DNA of 44,494 nt from positions 1 to 44,494 of IMG/VR virus record IMGVR_UViG_3300036719_002132, one strand, 5' to 3'. The notes under the pieces were generated by a model. The model saw only the letters and a program-made list of their open reading frames with translations, was not told the DNA's origin and did no database searches. This DNA comes from a virus. Lineage: Duplodnaviria > Caudoviricetes. The translations under genes were made by a program, and so were the position numbers. Below are positions 18,875 to 26,638 of this stretch, piece after piece; positions within the stretch are counted from its first letter, which is position 1, and the number at the start of each line of letters is the position of its first letter.

Positions 18875-19472
18875 ACTCTTTTAATACGTTACTGTGATTT
18901 ATCGTATGCAAGAATTTTTTTGTTAGATTAAGCGTCGAGTCTGTGTGAATAAACCAGTCTTCGACTGCTCCATGATTTTCTAAGACAACATTGTTAACAA
19001 GAAGCTGATATCCTTTATTTAAAAACTTATTAAGCGCGTTCTGTTTCAGATTTATATAATATTCGTTCGGCAAGTACGCGTTGTGTTCGAAGGTAACGAA
19101 CCTGAAAACATATTCATCTAGCGGCAAAGACGCTAAAACATGTTCGGATGCCTGATCTACATCAAACGACATATAGTCGATGACTTTCGGAGCGTTGTTT
19201 TCGCGCAGTATGTCGGCTAAACTTTCTTTAGATAAGTCTTTGCGCAGAGCTTTAGTTTTGCGATTCTTGTTAAAGTGATTGACTGCGCCTTGATCGATAT
19301 CAATCGAAATCCCCTCCCACCCGTTTTGCTCAAGCAAAAGCGTATTGTTTCCGCACGGGTGATTAAAGCCGTCACCACAGCCAAGGTCTAAAAAATAACC
19401 CGCTTTCTTTTCGAAGAAATTAAGAACGAAGATATCCTGAGATATCTGAGAGTAGCTATAGCTTTGTTGCAT
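18861..19472 (-). CDS. FkbM-like SAM-dependent methyltransferase
   Basis: YSQISQD, GYFLDLGCGDG, NTLLLE..GWEGISID, IDYMSFDVD, TFEHN. Confidence 0.8.
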   Translation of the reverse strand: MQQSYSYSQISQDIFVLNFFEKKAGYFLDLGCGDGFNHPCGNNTLLLEQNGWEGISIDIDQGAVNHFNKNRKTKALRKDLSKESLADILRENNAPKVIDYMSFDVDQASEHVLASLPLDEYVFRFVTFEHNAYLPNEYYINLKQNALNKFLNKGYQLLVNNVVLENHGAVEDWFIHTDSTLNLTKKFLHTINHSNVLKEYGFR

Positions 19473-19977
19473 AAAACCTCATGTTCAAATTATGAGATAT
19501 CGGATTCCTGAATAGAGCTTCGTCTATCGAGTCTAGTTCAATCTTGTCTACTTTAAACCCAACACTTTGGATCAGTTGCATCAAATACTGAACGTTGTAG
19601 GTTGACTTGTGGAAATCTTCTGGGCGAGAGATACCGTCTACCCAGTTTTTCCCAGCAAACAGCATGTAGTTTAAAACTTCCATCTTCCATACATCGGCGT
19701 GATAGGCTTTGAGCACAGAGTCCCAACAAACCGTTTGGATGAAAAGTTTGCCGCCTTTTTTGCAAATATTAGACCAGTTGGCTAAGGCAGTCTTGGTATC
19801 CTCAAGAGGCATATGCTCGATAACATCACGCGCATAGATCTCATCGACCGACTCAGCGTCATATGTTAACTGTCTTATATCCATCTTAACTACGTTAGCC
19901 GACATCGGACATACGTCTATATTGACGTAGCCGTCTTTGATATCGGGACCGCAGCCAAGATTAAGTTTCAAGCTCAT
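19456..19977 (-). CDS. Class I SAM-dependent methyltransferase
   Basis: KLNLGCG...GYVNID, SVDEIYARDVIEH, KGGKL. Confidence 0.85.
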   Translation of the reverse strand: MSLKLNLGCGPDIKDGYVNIDVCPMSANVVKMDIRQLTYDAESVDEIYARDVIEHMPLEDTKTALANWSNICKKGGKLFIQTVCWDSVLKAYHADVWKMEVLNYMLFAGKNWVDGISRPEDFHKSTYNVQYLMQLIQSVGFKVDKIELDSIDEALFRNPISHNLNMRFYATKL

Positions 19978-20927
19978 TGAAGATACTGCACTTTCTTGAA
20001 TGCGCTTAAGTCGCTGCCTCCAGCATACGAGATCGAGCTTTGCAAGTCTTGCTTGATCTCGTTAAGCTTCTGAAAGTAAGTCATGTTATTTGAAGGAATC
20101 CACTTCTCGAATCCTTCTACGTTTTTTGAATTGCCCTTTTGAAGTTCAGATGCAGAGCCGTAGTAAAGCTTTTCTCCGCGCTCGTTACTTACCGCAGGAG
20201 AGTCTACGCATGCCGCAAACAAAGATCCGGCCATTACCATAACTGGCTTGTCAACGGATCGACTACAACCGAGAACCATAGCCTTGGCGATGTCTCCGTT
20301 TGTTCTAACGCCTCCATCAGCAATAATCTGAAAGTCTACGACATCTGCCATCGAAGATAAAGTCTCTGGCATACCAAGCCCGAATCCCGTCTTCCCAAAA
20401 GTCGAACACGCGCCTCCTTGCGCGATGCCGACTTTAACGCAGTCTGCGCCCCACTCGTACAAGTCGAGCGCAGCTTCGGACGTGCAAACATTGCCAGCGA
20501 TGATCTTAACGTCTGGCATAACGGAAGAGATGAAATGAATCATCTTCTTCATTGCAGAGCAGTGACCGTGCGCAATATCGATTGTGACGAAATCTACGCG
20601 ATACCCTTCGTCGATAATGTCGCGAATATTTGCTACGTCTTCGGAGTTGACTCCGACGCTCACGCTTATTACGGGCCAATCTTCTTGGTTAGCTACCTTT
20701 ACAAAATTGATCCAGTCTTGCCTCGTTTTAAAGAAACGATGCATGATGTAAAAGTAACCGTTATTCGCTAACGAGCGGCAAATATCTTCGTCGATTACCG
20801 ACGACATATTCGCCGGAACAACTGGCAGCTTAAACTTGTAACCCAAAAAGTCGATTTCCGTGTCCAGTTCGGATCGACTATTTCCCTCGAAATAACGAGG
20901 GCTTAAAGCGATGTCTGCGTAAGTCAT
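19974..20927 (-). CDS. guaC: GMP reductase
   Basis: PVVPANM, FYIMHRF, TIDIAHGH, IAGNV, KVGI..G.AC.T, IIADGG, QDLQSSISYAGG. Confidence 0.9.
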   Translation of the reverse strand: MTYADIALSPRYFEGNSRSELDTEIDFLGYKFKLPVVPANMSSVIDEDICRSLANNGYFYIMHRFFKTRQDWINFVKVANQEDWPVISVSVGVNSEDVANIRDIIDEGYRVDFVTIDIAHGHCSAMKKMIHFISSVMPDVKIIAGNVCTSEAALDLYEWGADCVKVGIAQGGACSTFGKTGFGLGMPETLSSMADVVDFQIIADGGVRTNGDIAKAMVLGCSRSVDKPVMVMAGSLFAACVDSPAVSNERGEKLYYGSASELQKGNSKNVEGFEKWIPSNNMTYFQKLNEIKQDLQSSISYAGGSDLSAFKKVQYLQ

Positions 20928-20950
20928 ACCCTAGATTCTAGGGCATGACT
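20922..20950 (-). promoter_or_regulatory. RNA hairpin covering the guaC start codon, with TAGAAT at its apex
   Basis: AGUCAUGCCCUAG-AAU-CUAGGGUAUGACU; 13-bp stem with one G-U pair. Confidence 0.65.
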
Positions 20951-20966
20951 CGCGATATTCTAAAAA

Positions 20967-22229
20967 TTAGTCCTCTTTTTCTCCCTTTTCGGAGAACATG
21001 AGGTAATTGTAGATGCTGTTGATGTAGTCGTCGATCAAAGTGATCTTCGAAGCGACCCAAGGTTCTGTGGCTCCGATTGCGATCTTCTCGTTCGATTGCA
21101 TAGCCATAACAAGCTCTTCGGCCTTCATTTTAACCGAAGAAAGAGCGGCCATAGACATCTCAACGGACTCCTCAGAATACTCTTTGATCTCTTCCATGTT
21201 TTCGTCAATTTCGGGAGCATTCTTGAGTTCTGGGTTCATTTCCATCAAGTCCTCTTGATCGGGCATCTCCATCTCATCTTCCATCTCCATTTCTTGAGCG
21301 ATTGGAAGCGAATTCATCATCATCTGGCCCTTTGTATAGTCGGTAACTGATTTGCCAGATTCCCACATTCTACAAGACCAATAACGAGCCTTCCACTTTG
21401 GACCGGGGTTCGTGTCGCATTGATGACGGGCACGGAAGTTCTTCCGACGTTCTGGATCGTCGCGTTTGATCTCCATATTTGGATCGCCAAACTTCACCAT
21501 TACGACATTGCCCTTTTCGTTTTTAACGTAAACGCCGAACTTCTTCTTTGAGCCGGACGGTAGTCGGAACGGCTTATTGAGAGTCTTCTTCTCGGCTTCC
21601 GACATTTCGTTATATTCTTCTTCGTCTTCCGATTCGTACATCTCGTCCATCTCGGCCAACGAAACGTTCGATTTTACTAAATCTGAAGCAGCGATAACCA
21701 ACTCATATTCATCAAAGTCGATTGATGCGAGTGACCTTTGCGATAGAGTCTTTATATTGTTATCGCTTGCTTTTGCGATGTCTTGATCAGCAGCACGATA
21801 AGAGTCTTTTACCTTGCCGCCAGCCATCATTCTTAGAAAAGTATTGACGCGAGCCATTGCCCATTGTCCACGGCTTTTACCGGGTCTGCTTGACGCAGAA
21901 AAGGCTCCTGCTCCACGGCGATACACTTTCTTAAGCTGTGAGAGTGTTACTTTGCGCGAGTGCTTGTTGTTGTGCATCTCGACTTTGTTTTTCAGAGCCT
22001 TCGTTACTTTGTCGCTAAACGTGATAGCCGCTTTCACGACTTTCTTTTCGTCTTTTCTTTCCAGAACCATCTTAGCTTTTTCCTTGGCGTCTGGTTTTGT
22101 ACCAGCAGAACCTGGTTCGTTTTTGGGAGACCCCTTGAGTCTATCTTCTGGTTTCGCTGGAGTTTGAGCAGAACTCTTTGGTCCTGGTCGCTTCTTCGCT
22201 AAAATTTGTTCAGAAAAGTCGAGTTCCAT
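20967..22229 (-). CDS. Multi-module phage protein, putative internal head protein
   Basis: Start moved to MELDFSEQ; basic modules (VYRRGAGAF..RPG...QWAMARVN; KFGVYVKN..VKFGD...FRARH.C...ARYWSC.MW) and a WVASKIT..DDY module, separated by acidic Met-rich linkers. Confidence 0.7.
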   Translation of the reverse strand: MELDFSEQILAKKRPGPKSSAQTPAKPEDRLKGSPKNEPGSAGTKPDAKEKAKMVLERKDEKKVVKAAITFSDKVTKALKNKVEMHNNKHSRKVTLSQLKKVYRRGAGAFSASSRPGKSRGQWAMARVNTFLRMMAGGKVKDSYRAADQDIAKASDNNIKTLSQRSLASIDFDEYELVIAASDLVKSNVSLAEMDEMYESEDEEEYNEMSEAEKKTLNKPFRLPSGSKKKFGVYVKNEKGNVVMVKFGDPNMEIKRDDPERRKNFRARHQCDTNPGPKWKARYWSCRMWESGKSVTDYTKGQMMMNSLPIAQEMEMEDEMEMPDQEDLMEMNPELKNAPEIDENMEEIKEYSEESVEMSMAALSSVKMKAEELVMAMQSNEKIAIGATEPWVASKITLIDDYINSIYNYLMFSEKGEKED

Positions 22230-22230
22230 A

Positions 22231-22575
22231 TTATTCCTTAATTCCGAGACGTTCTTTGCTAGCCATTGGAAAAGCCTTAACAAACTCTGGACCTTTCTTC
22301 TTAGCAAAATCATAAAGCTTTCTCAAAAAGGTTTCATACGACATGTCGCCTTTCATGCGACCGAAATTACTGATAGCGTCGGCAACGTCGCGTGTTGTAA
22401 CGATTGGAAACGAGCGCGTATCTGGGAACAGAAAATCAGAGTCTTTAAGGTCTGATCTTTTTTGACCGCCATAGCGCATTTGGCCAGCGTCAATTTCATT
22501 CTTGTCGTAGTCGGCTGAATACTTGCCGCCCATGTCCATGTTTGCCTTAATTTTATCAGAAAAGTCCAAGTTCAT
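22231..22575 (-). CDS. Small phage protein (DUF6582-like), putative head-associated
   Basis: RSDLKDSDFLFPDTRSFPI...V.DAISNFGR; GTGTAAA upstream. Confidence 0.65.
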   Translation of the reverse strand: MNLDFSDKIKANMDMGGKYSADYDKNEIDAGQMRYGGQKRSDLKDSDFLFPDTRSFPIVTTRDVADAISNFGRMKGDMSYETFLRKLYDFAKKKGPEFVKAFPMASKERLGIKE

Positions 22576-22589
22576 ATAATGTTTTTACA

Positions 22590-23273
22590 CTAAAAGATGA
22601 TCGCCTTGATGTTGTTTTTGTTAGGATAAGACTCAAGGCTTATATACGTTCCATTTTGTGGTTCTATGATGAACCAGCCAATGTTGGTCCAAACGATATT
22701 AAGCGAGTGCCACGAATCATCGAGAGCAGGAATTCCTGCGAAATCTTGTTTGTTTTCAACGATTACTGTTCCGCAAGTGACTTGCGAATATGGTCGAACC
22801 GTAGTGTTCAAAGATGCGAAACCATAAATCGCCATAAAAAGGTCAGAAAAGTTATCGCAATCAAAATTGTCTCGTTTAAATTCGACGTTATTATTTTTGA
22901 TAAAATTCATCCACCAAAGCGCATATTTGTCGAACCACATCGAATCGACGAAACAATAGCTTTCATCGCGAAAAAGAACGGACGTTGCTTTTGGTAAGCC
23001 GCCTTCAAGCAAACTTTGCTCAACTTGTTCGACTGAAAAAGACTGGCTAAAGAAAACATGACGATAAGGAAGATTTACTCTAAATTCTTCAAGCTTTTGT
23101 CTATAAGGATCTTGTGAAAACAAACTTTCTGGATGCGGCTCGCTGCTTGGGGAGTAATACCTATAAAAATATTCTCTACAGTAATGATCGTAACCTAAAT
23201 GTAAAACAAATGTCACAAATAAAACTGGGACTAAAAGCCCAAAAAAAACTTTTATTTTATGTCGAAAATTCAT
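22590..23273 (-). CDS. Membrane-anchored papain/transglutaminase-like cysteine protease
   Basis: N-terminal TM helix; FDCDNF (Cys), WHSLN (His), IIEPQ (Glu), as in the MOA-lectin C-terminal protease fold. Confidence 0.65.
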   Translation of the reverse strand: MNFRHKIKVFFGLLVPVLFVTFVLHLGYDHYCREYFYRYYSPSSEPHPESLFSQDPYRQKLEEFRVNLPYRHVFFSQSFSVEQVEQSLLEGGLPKATSVLFRDESYCFVDSMWFDKYALWWMNFIKNNNVEFKRDNFDCDNFSDLFMAIYGFASLNTTVRPYSQVTCGTVIVENKQDFAGIPALDDSWHSLNIVWTNIGWFIIEPQNGTYISLESYPNKNNIKAIIF

Positions 23274-23302
23274 CTGGCAGTAAAATTTTTACACTTTTTC
23301 TG

Positions 23303-23435
23303 TCTTTCCCCTTCCCCTTTCTCCTCTCCCTTCCCCCTTTTTTCCCCCCTCTCGTGCTCTCCCCCCTATAATCCCCCATCCCGCTCCTCTGACCCCATCC
23401 CCTTGCTCAATATTAAAACATAAATGTTTTAATAT
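23303..23435. other. C-run/polypyrimidine tract plus AT-rich palindrome at a divergent strand switch (candidate origin or regulatory hub)
   Basis: 51 uninterrupted pyrimidines (23303-23353), ten runs of 3 or more C, CCCCCCTATAATCCCCC, and the ATATTAAAACAT-AA-ATGTTTTAATAT inverted repeat. Confidence 0.5.
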
Positions 23436-23501
23436 ACGCTTCGCGTGTTTTTGGTTGAAAAACCATTGACAAGTTCAAATATCCTGATCAACTCACTGGT
23501 C

Positions 23502-23972
23502 ATGGAGCAAAGTCTTAACTTTAAAGTTCTCAAAAACGGCCAAGAAAACAACTTGATTCCGCCAGCAAAAGGCGATGCGGGTTGGGATCTTGTCGCAGCT
23601 TCTGAACCAACGTTTGTTTACCCAGAAAACTCCAAGGGTAAAACTCCCCTGTTCGTCGAGTACGATACGGGAATAGTTATTCAGCCACCAGATGGTTTTT
23701 TTACGCTGCTTTTTCCGCGTTCAAGCATCAGCAAATATCAGCTTTCGATGGCAAATTCCGTTGGCGTGATCGACAACGGTTACAGGAATACGATCAAGCT
23801 TCGTTTTCGGTATCTAGGCAAAGGTGCGCCGAAGACCGATTCGATCTACAAAGCTGGCGATAAGATTGGCCAGCTTGTGTTTTTGCCAATGATGACGTTC
23901 TCTGCTTATCAAACCGAAACTCTTGACTCTTCGGATCGTGGGCAGGGCGGTTTCGGGAGCACAGGCGTATGA
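23502..23972 (+). CDS. dut: Trimeric dUTPase
   Basis: GDAGWDL, FPRSS, GVIDNGYR, GDKIGQL, RGQGGFGSTG; start moved to ATG 23502. Confidence 0.95.
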   Translation: MEQSLNFKVLKNGQENNLIPPAKGDAGWDLVAASEPTFVYPENSKGKTPLFVEYDTGIVIQPPDGFFTLLFPRSSISKYQLSMANSVGVIDNGYRNTIKLRFRYLGKGAPKTDSIYKAGDKIGQLVFLPMMTFSAYQTETLDSSDRGQGGFGSTGV

Positions 23973-24550
23973 AGTTAATGCCCGAAAAGATGAATGACTT
24001 GGAGCTTATCGACGAGGTTCTAAGTCACGGAGACAGTTCCTGTTTTCGCGAGATAGTTAATCGTCACTCGGGCATTTATTTGCAGATGGTTCATAACTAC
24101 GCTCCGAGAGAAACATCGATTGATAACTTCAACGATCTTATCGACAGTCGCGAGTCCCATATTTACGACGCCGTTCGATCTTTTGACGCGAACCGCAAAA
24201 TCAAGTTTTCCACTTACCTCGGTAATCATACTCGTTGGTTGTGTTTGACCGCAGCAAACAAGCGTCGTCACGTTGCAATGGAGGACGGTTTCGACTGTGC
24301 CGTTGAAAACGACGAGATGAAAGAAGTATCCGATCAAAAGGTTTTAAAAGAAATTTTTCAGCAGCTTTCTTGTCTTGAGGACAAGCGCATCGAAAAGATA
24401 TTTCGTATGCGATACATGCAAGGCGGTAAAAAGCTAACGCCTTGGAGAAAAATTGCAAAAGAGCTTGACTTATCGATTCAAGGATGTATTAATATCCACA
24501 ACATAGCGTTCAATGCGCTTTGGAAAAACGTTCAAAAAAACTATGATTAA
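23969..24550 (+). CDS. Phage-encoded sigma70-family factor (regions 2 and 4)
   Basis: AVRSFD..RKIKFSTY (region 2); IFRMRY...WRKIAKELDLS (region 4 HTH). Confidence 0.85.
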   Translation: MKLMPEKMNDLELIDEVLSHGDSSCFREIVNRHSGIYLQMVHNYAPRETSIDNFNDLIDSRESHIYDAVRSFDANRKIKFSTYLGNHTRWLCLTAANKRRHVAMEDGFDCAVENDEMKEVSDQKVLKEIFQQLSCLEDKRIEKIFRMRYMQGGKKLTPWRKIAKELDLSIQGCINIHNIAFNALWKNVQKNYD

Positions 24551-25031
24551 TAATGTAGTATTAGCAGGAAATGTCGTCTCTGATCCAGAGACTCGTTCGA
24601 CGACTAGCGGTAAGACAATCGCTACGGTTCGTCTGGCAGTTAACAACCCACTCAATGAAAATGATTCGCTGTTCATCGACGTTGATGTTTGGGAAAAGCA
24701 AGCCGAGTTTGTCGCGAACCACGTTAAGAAGGGAAGCGCAATTTCGGTGATCGGTCGTCTGAAGCAAGACTCTTGGGAGAAGGACGGTCAAAAGCGCAGC
24801 AAGATTCTCGTTGTAGCCGAGCGCATCAACTTTGTTGGACCGAAGCGCAAGGATGCTGCCGCCAACGACGATGATGCGCCAGCGCCAGCGCCAGCGCCAG
24901 CGCCAGTGCCGCAGCAGAAGTGGTCGCCAAAGACCCAAAGCAAGCCAGCGGCTAAGTCTTCTGGCTATTCCAAGGGCAACTCTGCGCCTCGTCAGCAGCA
25001 GCAAGATAGCGACGAAGAAATTCCAATCTAA
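24543..25031 (+). CDS. ssb: Single-stranded DNA-binding protein
   Basis: MINNVVLAGN..DPE.R, FIDVDVW..QAE, KKG...VIGRL, acidic tail DSDEEIPI. Confidence 0.95.
   Translation: MINNVVLAGNVVSDPETRSTTSGKTIATVRLAVNNPLNENDSLFIDVDVWEKQAEFVANHVKKGSAISVIGRLKQDSWEKDGQKRSKILVVAERINFVGPKRKDAAANDDDAPAPAPAPAPVPQQKWSPKTQSKPAAKSSGYSKGNSAPRQQQQDSDEEIPI
24876..24910 (+). repeat. (GCGCCA)n tandem repeat encoding the Ala-Pro linker of SSB
   Basis: About five perfect 6-bp units, in frame. Confidence 0.8.
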
Positions 25032-26131
25032 TGAACATCGTTTTCGAGGCTCCGTTAAACCAAGTGTCATTTGGGAATGTTGCGTACAACATCCTGAAAG
25101 AGTTTTACAAACTCCAACAGACTGACTCTTCGATCAAGCTTTCTTACTTCCCAATTTCGAACGTTGACGTTTCAGCGTTCGACAAGAAGGATGCGGATTT
25201 TCAAGAGTGGCTAAAGCACTCGATTGAGAATCGATACAAGAACTTGTCGAAGGACGCAATCTCTCTCAAGCTATGGCATATTAACGGAGCCGAGAAACGC
25301 CTCACAAGAAAGCAAGTCCTGTTTTCTTTTTACGAGCTAGATCAGCCAACGCCAGTTGAGCAGTCTATCGTTAATCTCCAAGACGCGACGATCTTCTCAA
25401 GTTCGTATGCCAAAGACTCGTTCTCGGCAATCGGATGCGAGAACGTCTTTTCGGCACCACTTGGTTTTGACAGCAGCTTCTTCAAAACCAACAAGAAGTA
25501 TCTGGAAGGTAAAACTCACTTCCTTTTGATGGGTAAGTTTGAGAAGCGCAAGCATACGGACAAGATCATCAAGCTGTGGGCAAAGAAGTACGGGAACAAC
25601 CCAAAGTTCCAGCTTAGTTGCTCGGTGATGAATCCGTTTCTAGACAAGGAGATTATGAAGCGGATGGTCATTGGCTACAAGAGCCTAGCATCCAACATTA
25701 ACTTCCTTCCATACGTTTCGACGAATGCAGAGGTTAACGACATCATTAACTCTGCCGATATCGATTTATCTGGTCTTAGCGGAGCAGAAGGCTGGGGACT
25801 ACCGTCGTTCAATGCAACGTGTCTTGGCAAGTGGAGCGTCGTACTCAATGCGACGAGCCACAAAGATTGGGCAACGAACGATAACTCGATTCTCGTTGAG
25901 CCTTCTGGAAAGGTCGAAGCTTATGACGGAACGTTCTTCAACAAGGGATCTAGTTTTAACCAAGGAAACATCTATGATTTCAGCGAAGAAGCGGCGGTTG
26001 CTGCTTTTGAAAAAGCCGTAGAGTTTGCCAAGGAAAAGAAGCAGAATGATGCTGGAATCGCTTTGGGTCAAAAGTTCACTTACGCGAACACAGTGTCTCG
26101 CATTAAGGAAGTTTTGACGCAGCTTTCGTAG
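25031..26131 (+). CDS. GT-B glycosyltransferase (family 4-like)
   Basis: PLGFDSSFF, GKFEKRKH, SGAEGWGLP. Confidence 0.85.
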   Translation: MNIVFEAPLNQVSFGNVAYNILKEFYKLQQTDSSIKLSYFPISNVDVSAFDKKDADFQEWLKHSIENRYKNLSKDAISLKLWHINGAEKRLTRKQVLFSFYELDQPTPVEQSIVNLQDATIFSSSYAKDSFSAIGCENVFSAPLGFDSSFFKTNKKYLEGKTHFLLMGKFEKRKHTDKIIKLWAKKYGNNPKFQLSCSVMNPFLDKEIMKRMVIGYKSLASNINFLPYVSTNAEVNDIINSADIDLSGLSGAEGWGLPSFNATCLGKWSVVLNATSHKDWATNDNSILVEPSGKVEAYDGTFFNKGSSFNQGNIYDFSEEAAVAAFEKAVEFAKEKKQNDAGIALGQKFTYANTVSRIKEVLTQLS

Positions 26132-26150
26132 ATTTCGCCCTAGTAAAACC

Positions 26151-26167
26151 TTGGCATGCGACGTGCA
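26151..26167 (+). promoter_or_regulatory. sigma54 (RpoN)-type -24/-12 promoter
   Basis: TTGGCATGCGACGTGCA: GG-N10-GC spacing, 25 nt before the hsp20 ATG. Confidence 0.6.
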
Positions 26168-26192
26168 AAGAGGCGAACGACACCTATAACAT

Positions 26193-26591
26193 ATGTCAAC
26201 TTATACTACAAAAACATATCTATATAATACGCTCGATCCATTCTCAATTCCGAGCAATCAAGATAATAGCTTTTATGAAAGCTTCACTACTCACGCATCG
26301 ACTTTCGCTCCAAAAGTTATTGGACAACAAAGCGGTGGGTTCGAATATGTAGCTAAAATCTTTTTGCCGAACTTCGCCAAATCGGATATTCAAGTTTCTC
26401 TAGATTCAGAAACTGAAGATATCCTCATCGTTTGCGCTAACAAGGCTGGAGCAAAGTTCACAAATCGAATCGAGTCTTCTACTGGCAAGTACAATATGGC
26501 GAAAGCCTCTTGTTCGTTCAAGGAGGAAATCTTAACAATTAAGATCCCTGTTAAGGAAGCAACTAAACCACGAACGATTCCAGTTCAATAA
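26193..26591 (+). CDS. Small heat-shock protein (Hsp20/alpha-crystallin)
   Basis: LPNFAKSDIQVSL, ASCSFKEEILTIKIP, C-terminal IXI-like RTIPVQ. Confidence 0.8.
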   Translation: MSTYTTKTYLYNTLDPFSIPSNQDNSFYESFTTHASTFAPKVIGQQSGGFEYVAKIFLPNFAKSDIQVSLDSETEDILIVCANKAGAKFTNRIESSTGKYNMAKASCSFKEEILTIKIPVKEATKPRTIPVQ

Positions 26592-26598
26592 AAAACTC

Positions 26599-26625
26599 AA
26601 AGGCGCTTGAAAAAGCGCCTTTTTT
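26599..26625 (+). terminator. Rho-independent terminator
   Basis: AAAGGCGCTT-GAAA-AAGCGCCTTT followed by more Ts. Confidence 0.85.
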
Positions 26626-26638
26626 ATTACTATTTTAT

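Noticed and set aside
23114-23371. 85-aa ORF crossing the C-rich tract
   Set aside because: The Pro/Phe/Leu/Ser tail is just the translation of the polypyrimidine tract, and the ORF is antisense to a real gene
23466-23493. sigma70 promoter before dut
   Set aside because: TTGACA is present but there is no convincing -10 at 16-18 nt spacing; plausible but unsupported
24876-24910. GCGCCA repeat as a phase-variation switch
   Set aside because: The unit is 6 bp, so it preserves frame and only changes the length of the SSB Ala-Pro linker
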